Shown piece after piece: positions 17,052 to 21,341 of a stretch of DNA of 21,341 nt (position 1 is its first letter; every line of letters begins with the position of its first letter). Below the pieces are notes generated by a model. It was not told the DNA's origin. It did no database searches and saw only the letters and a program-made list of their open reading frames with translations. The position numbers and the translations under genes are program-made. Location of the stretch: contig VRVR01000042.1 of the NCBI GenBank assembly GCA_009859145.1, forward strand, positions 151,445 to 172,785, given 5' to 3'. Origin of the DNA: Andalucia godoyi And28 (lineage: Eukaryota; Protista; Jakobida).

Positions 17052-18179
17052 ATGCAGTCCTCCACCAACTCTGGTCTCTTCAGCTTACCGAACGCCGATA
17101 GCATGCTGCAGCTGTGGAACCTCCTCAGCTACAACGCCCAGCTGTCAACCATTGCCTCTCAGCAGCAGCCGCTTTCCACGGCCTCATCATCCAGCTGCTT
17201 CTCCCAGTCTGCGCCTCAATTGCAGACTACATCGCAGTCTCTTGCACACCAGTCCTCGCAGTGCCGAGTGCCGTGGACTGCCGAGGAAGAAGATCGCTTT
17301 GTTCTCGGGCTCAAGCAGTACGGAAAGGGCAGATGGACTGACATTTCTTGCGTCGTAAAATCGCGCACGCCTCGCCAAGTCAAGAACCACGCAATGACCT
17401 ACTTCCACCGACTTGCCTCGCAGAACAAGCGATCCGCTTCTTGTACTGCATCTGCCATCCTCATGTCCACAATCTCGTCTGCCGTGCAGCCTCAACAGTT
17501 CCAGCAACCACAGCCACAATCACAATCGCAACAGCCACAACAATATGTTGTGTCAGTGCTTCCGTCCGGACGCACCTCGTCGTTTAGCCAAGCAGTGAAT
17601 GCAGTGCCGTCTGAGTCGCTTGAAGTCCATCCAGTCTGCCGATCGCGATCGTCGTCATGCGGCACCACGGAGAACATGTCTCCTTCTGACGAACACGACC
17701 AAGATTCCAACACCGTCGTCAACATGTTGTCTTCCTCCTCCTCTTCATCTCCGGTACCCTGCACGAACATCAACACCAACTCGAACTCAAACTCCATGCC
17801 GGTCTCGGTCTCGGTGTTGAACAGCAGCTCGAGCAACAGCAGCCTCGCCTTCTCAAATAGCATTGTCAGTAAGAGAGCAAAGAGATCGAGTGCGGCAACC
17901 GTGCAACATGCCCCGCAGATCCAGTTCGCAATGGAGGAGCTGACCGCAATGACATCGGCATGTTCAGAGGAAGACAACGCCTGCTTCAATGCCTCGCAGC
18001 TGTGCGCAGACCACTTCTTCGCACCGCAGCAGTTTGCACCGGAAGCAACGGATGCATGGCTGTGCGACGACGCCTTTGCGTATTCCTCCTCTCAAACAAA
18101 TCAACAGCAACTCAGCTTTCTCAACCTCAATCTCAACATCTCGGAAGTCCTTTCAGAAATCGATGTTTCCCAATTCTAG
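17052..18179 (+). CDS. Single-repeat Myb/SANT transcription factor, SHAQKYF-like, 375 aa
   Basis: PWTAEEEDRFVLGLKQYGKGRWTDISCVVKSRTPRQVKNHAMTYFHRL (17271-17414); Q/S-rich flanks; acidic-hydrophobic C-terminus. The track extension from 16719 is poly-Phe from a pyrimidine tract. Confidence 0.9.
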   Translation: MQSSTNSGLFSLPNADSMLQLWNLLSYNAQLSTIASQQQPLSTASSSSCFSQSAPQLQTTSQSLAHQSSQCRVPWTAEEEDRFVLGLKQYGKGRWTDISCVVKSRTPRQVKNHAMTYFHRLASQNKRSASCTASAILMSTISSAVQPQQFQQPQPQSQSQQPQQYVVSVLPSGRTSSFSQAVNAVPSESLEVHPVCRSRSSSCGTTENMSPSDEHDQDSNTVVNMLSSSSSSSPVPCTNINTNSNSNSMPVSVSVLNSSSSNSSLAFSNSIVSKRAKRSSAATVQHAPQIQFAMEELTAMTSACSEEDNACFNASQLCADHFFAPQQFAPEATDAWLCDDAFAYSSSQTNQQQLSFLNLNLNISEVLSEIDVSQF

Positions 18180-18305
18180 AGTCTTGTCCTTCCCCTTTTT
18201 TCTTCGCTGTTTCCGCTAATCCCCATTTGTATTTGTGTCCGTGTCTCAAAAGGCTATATTTGCTCCATGTGCTTCGGCATCCCCGTTTCTCTGTTCTTCC
18301 AAATA

Positions 18306-18342
18306 TGTGTGTGCGTGCGTGCGTGTGTGTGTGTGTGTGTGT
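18306..18342. repeat. Compound (GT)n/(GTGC)n microsatellite 3' of the first Myb gene
   Basis: Direct reading of the sequence. Confidence 0.9.
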
Positions 18343-18835
18343 GTCTATCTTTGTCTCTGCTTGTGATGTGATATGATTATAATGGTTGTTTTCGACTCTT
18401 TGACGTCTCTTTATTTTATTTTTGCAGTCCGTTTCAAAAGAAGGTTATATTATTTTTTAAATTAAAAAAATAATTTATTGGATTCGATTCGTTTGTTCTT
18501 TGTTTTGTTTTCCACCGACTGTAGAATGCGCGGACAACAGAGATTCGGCCTTTCCGCCAGCTTTTTTTTCTTCTGATCGCATGTGGATTGCCTTTTCGGG
18601 TAGCTTCTGAAACTGGATCGGGAAGCGAAACCGAATCCATGATTTTCCGATCAAAGGCGGAGTACAAAAATACCGCCTTCTTTCTCTCTCTTTCGTTTTT
18701 CTTCAGTTTCCTCCAAACCCAAAAAACAAAACAAAAATCATCCTGTGTTTTACAGCCAGTGCGATTCTAAGACTCGAAATATTTATCCCAAACCAAGCGA
18801 GTCTTCTTTTATTGCTGCCATCTATACAAGAAGAA

Positions 18836-19726
18836 ATGTCTGTGGATCTCGTCTCAATATCATCGTCCTCGTCATCCAACATGTCTTTCTTCGGCTTTGC
18901 AGACCCATTCCAGCAGTTCCAGTCTGAAGACGCAATGTTTGCACAGACCTTGCAAAAACAATCCTCGTCTACGTCCGTTCATTCTGCGGCCGCATCCTCC
19001 TACTCTTCGTCGTCGTCGTCATTGTCACTGCCATCGCGGACTGCTTTGAAAGCGCCGCAAAAAAGAGTGTTGAAACAAAAGCACGTGGCTTGGACGCTGG
19101 AAGAAGACATGCTGTTTGACGAAGGAATTCGGGTGTTTGGAAAGGGGCGGTGGAGCCAGATTGCGGCATTCATCAAGACTCGGACTGCACTGCAGGTCAA
19201 GAACCATGCGTCGACGTTCTTCAAAAGGCTCGAGAAGATCCATGGAAGTGAATGTGGAGATGCAGATGGAGATGATGTGATGGAGCACTCATCTTCGGCA
19301 TCCAGCTCCCACAGCCTGAGCGAAGAGGAGGTCACTGCTCCCGCATTCACCATGTCCGTGGACACCAACAGCACGCTCAGCAATCATGGAAGAGTGACCG
19401 TAGCGCATCCTCAGCAGCTCTCTCGGCTGAGTGTTCCGTCTCCAATGGCGTTCGGTTCCTCTGCTTTTTCGCCGTTTCATGCGCTCAGCTCTCCCCTGTT
19501 CATGCCGTTTGAGCCTTCGAGCTGCTTTGTCCCGCCGCTCTCGGCCACCCAACAGAGTCTCATTCATCCAGGATTCTTGACGACGATGCCTTCCCCCATG
19601 AAGCGCTTCCTGACAGCAGAAGCATTCTGCGTCACTCCGTCAGGCTTGACGACTCCTGTTCTGCAGTTGGACATCAAGAACGTTGTCGACGAAATCGAAA
19701 ATGCAGACGCGTTTTCGATTCTCTAA
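18836..19726 (+). CDS. Single-repeat Myb/SANT transcription factor, SHAQKYF-like, paralog of the upstream gene, 296 aa
   Basis: AWTLEEDMLFDEGIRVFGKGRWSQIAAFIKTRTALQVKNHASTFFKRL (19088-19231); same architecture and C-terminal motif as 17052-18179. Confidence 0.9.
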   Translation: MSVDLVSISSSSSSNMSFFGFADPFQQFQSEDAMFAQTLQKQSSSTSVHSAAASSYSSSSSSLSLPSRTALKAPQKRVLKQKHVAWTLEEDMLFDEGIRVFGKGRWSQIAAFIKTRTALQVKNHASTFFKRLEKIHGSECGDADGDDVMEHSSSASSSHSLSEEEVTAPAFTMSVDTNSTLSNHGRVTVAHPQQLSRLSVPSPMAFGSSAFSPFHALSSPLFMPFEPSSCFVPPLSATQQSLIHPGFLTTMPSPMKRFLTAEAFCVTPSGLTTPVLQLDIKNVVDEIENADAFSIL

Positions 19727-19984
19727 CAACGCACCTCCTGCTTTTTTTGTTTCTCGCTCTCTTGCTCTCTCTCTCTCTCCATCAAACAATATTGATGCTA
19801 GTCGGTTTTTCTGTCCTTTCGGGTTGAAGGACATCGGTTTTTTTGAATTTTTTGATTGTTGTCATCGTACAACATCTGCGTTTTTGTAGACCTGCGAATG
19901 TAAATGTAGTATTATCATGTGCGAAGATCTCCAACCATGCAGACACCTTAGAAACCAAACAGGAAGGAAACCAGGAAGGAAAGC

Positions 19985-21286
19985 TTAAGCACACTTTGAA
20001 AACCATCCAAAGGGAACTGATACCAGTTGCTGGGTCTGATCGCCATCGAAAAGCACCGAGGCCGTTCGGTGCGACACATCAATGCTCTTGAGAACTCCAG
20101 CCTTTCCTTTGTGGTGGCCCAGACCGACCATGATGCGGTTTCCCGGCATTGTCTGGACTTGCGAAAGCTCTGCAAATGGCACCAGCAGCGCAACGTTCTT
20201 TTTTCCAACCACTGCACTCGCATGCGCATCCAGCGAGACTTTCACTGCAGCTGCCTTCTTCACTGCGTCCACCTGAACAACCTTTCCTTGCATTCTGTAC
20301 ACGGAAACAGGTTCGCTTCCCGGCTGTGCAGTTGGAACAGTTACTCGTGAAAGCACAATCACTTGCATACCTTCCATGACCCATGTCCGGACATCCGCCA
20401 CTGCACAGCTACCAGCATCCTCCAAAAAACAAGGACTTCTCCTGTCACTTGCAACTTCTCTTCGCTGTGCTCCAGACTCTCGTTGCGGTTCCGTGGTCGG
20501 GCCTGCTTTCGTCTCAGTCCTCGCAACCTTGCCCAGCTCGATTCGAATCGGCATCTTTTCCCTCCCTTCACTCTTTCGGTTCTTCAGCATCTCATCTTTT
20601 CCATCGCCGCCGCCGCCGCCGCCGCCACCACCACCACCCTCATCATCGTCCTGATGTTGACTATCATCTGCTTCTACGTCATCATGACCACGGTGATCCA
20701 ATGCGGCGACGCCAGCGTGCGCCATTTCGAGTGCAAGGCGCTTTCGATTGTGCAAGTGCTTCGCAACGTCGTCCATTCCATCCGTTCCAAGCACCTCGGC
20801 CCCCGACCGGACACTCGCGGCCGCGGATGATTTGAAGAGCAAGTGCTTGTCCTTTTGGACAGCCTTGATCAAGAGTTCCCCCGTAAGCTCATCTTCCGCA
20901 ACCACAAACAGCCCCCGCTTGCCCGCGTCCTTTACAAAGTCTCCGAGAGCAGCCCACTTCGTGGAGTTCATATGCACATGGTGCCGATCCTTCACAATTT
21001 CCTGATATACCGTGTTGGCCTTCACAGCGACATTCGGGAACAGCGTGTGCAGGACATCCAGAAACTGGTCTTCAAAGCGAGCCGAGTTGTCCTTCAGCAC
21101 TGCAGAAGGATCCGACACAAAGGATGCCATCGCCGCCATATGCGCAGCTGTCGTGCAGTGATTCTGAAATCCATTTTCATCGCGACACTGCTTGGAGCAT
21201 GCGGAGCAGTAGAACTTTAGCTTCCCGAGACCCTTGGCCTTTTGGTTATTCGCCATCCTTTTGAAAAACTTGCTCGTTTCACTCAT
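19985..21286 (-). CDS. KIN17: KIN17 DNA/RNA-binding protein, 433 aa
   Basis: KAKGLGKLKFYCSACSKQCRDENGFQNHC..AH zinc finger; winged-helix part HHVHMNSTKW; poly-Gly/acidic linker; C-terminal KOW/SH3-like region PGNRIMVGLGHHKGKAGVL. Confidence 0.95.
   Translation of the reverse strand: MSETSKFFKRMANNQKAKGLGKLKFYCSACSKQCRDENGFQNHCTTAAHMAAMASFVSDPSAVLKDNSARFEDQFLDVLHTLFPNVAVKANTVYQEIVKDRHHVHMNSTKWAALGDFVKDAGKRGLFVVAEDELTGELLIKAVQKDKHLLFKSSAAASVRSGAEVLGTDGMDDVAKHLHNRKRLALEMAHAGVAALDHRGHDDVEADDSQHQDDDEGGGGGGGGGGGDGKDEMLKNRKSEGREKMPIRIELGKVARTETKAGPTTEPQRESGAQRREVASDRRSPCFLEDAGSCAVADVRTWVMEGMQVIVLSRVTVPTAQPGSEPVSVYRMQGKVVQVDAVKKAAAVKVSLDAHASAVVGKKNVALLVPFAELSQVQTMPGNRIMVGLGHHKGKAGVLKSIDVSHRTASVLFDGDQTQQLVSVPFGWFSKCA
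20606..20638 (-). repeat. (GGT/GGC)n coding repeat giving poly-Gly in KIN17
   Basis: GCC/ACC run on + strand, in frame with the KIN17 linker. Confidence 0.9.
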
Positions 21287-21341
21287 CGTGTTTGTCTTTC
21301 AAAGGCTCTGAGCCTCACTCCCTCCGTCCCTCCGTCCCTCC

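Noticed and set aside
1-21341. Non-standard genetic code
   Set aside because: All three stop codons terminate recognisable genes, and no conserved gene contains an internal stop.
21312-21341. G-rich GGAGGGAC repeats upstream of KIN17 (- strand) as a G-quadruplex
   Set aside because: Only two GGG tracts are visible and the window ends here.

Overview
Gene-dense eukaryotic nuclear DNA of roughly balanced GC, using the standard genetic code (TAA, TAG and TGA all end genes). No intron is needed in any coding sequence, which suggests an intron-poor unicellular eukaryote; the taxon cannot be assigned from this window. In order: a small orphan ORF (+), XPG/RAD2 endonuclease (+), a membrane-anchored protein with three tandem Mog1/PsbP/DcrB-like domains (+), RPL26 (-), BOP1/ERB1 (-), a Cab4/COASY-type phosphopantetheine adenylyltransferase (-), a very divergent serine-expanded cytoplasmic dynein 1 intermediate chain (+), about 1.7 kb with no credible CDS that includes a strongly hairpin-forming 350-nt segment, two tandem single-repeat SHAQKYF-like Myb genes sharing a C-terminal motif (+), and KIN17 (-). 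Many ORF-track starts are TTG or upstream extensions, so I reset starts to the ATG matching each family N-terminus. No CRISPR, tRNA, rRNA or transposon is supported. The best novelty candidates are the triple PsbP-like anchored protein, the structured ncRNA candidate at 15483-15829 and the Myb pair. Reference motifs are quoted from memory; no searches or folding programs were run.
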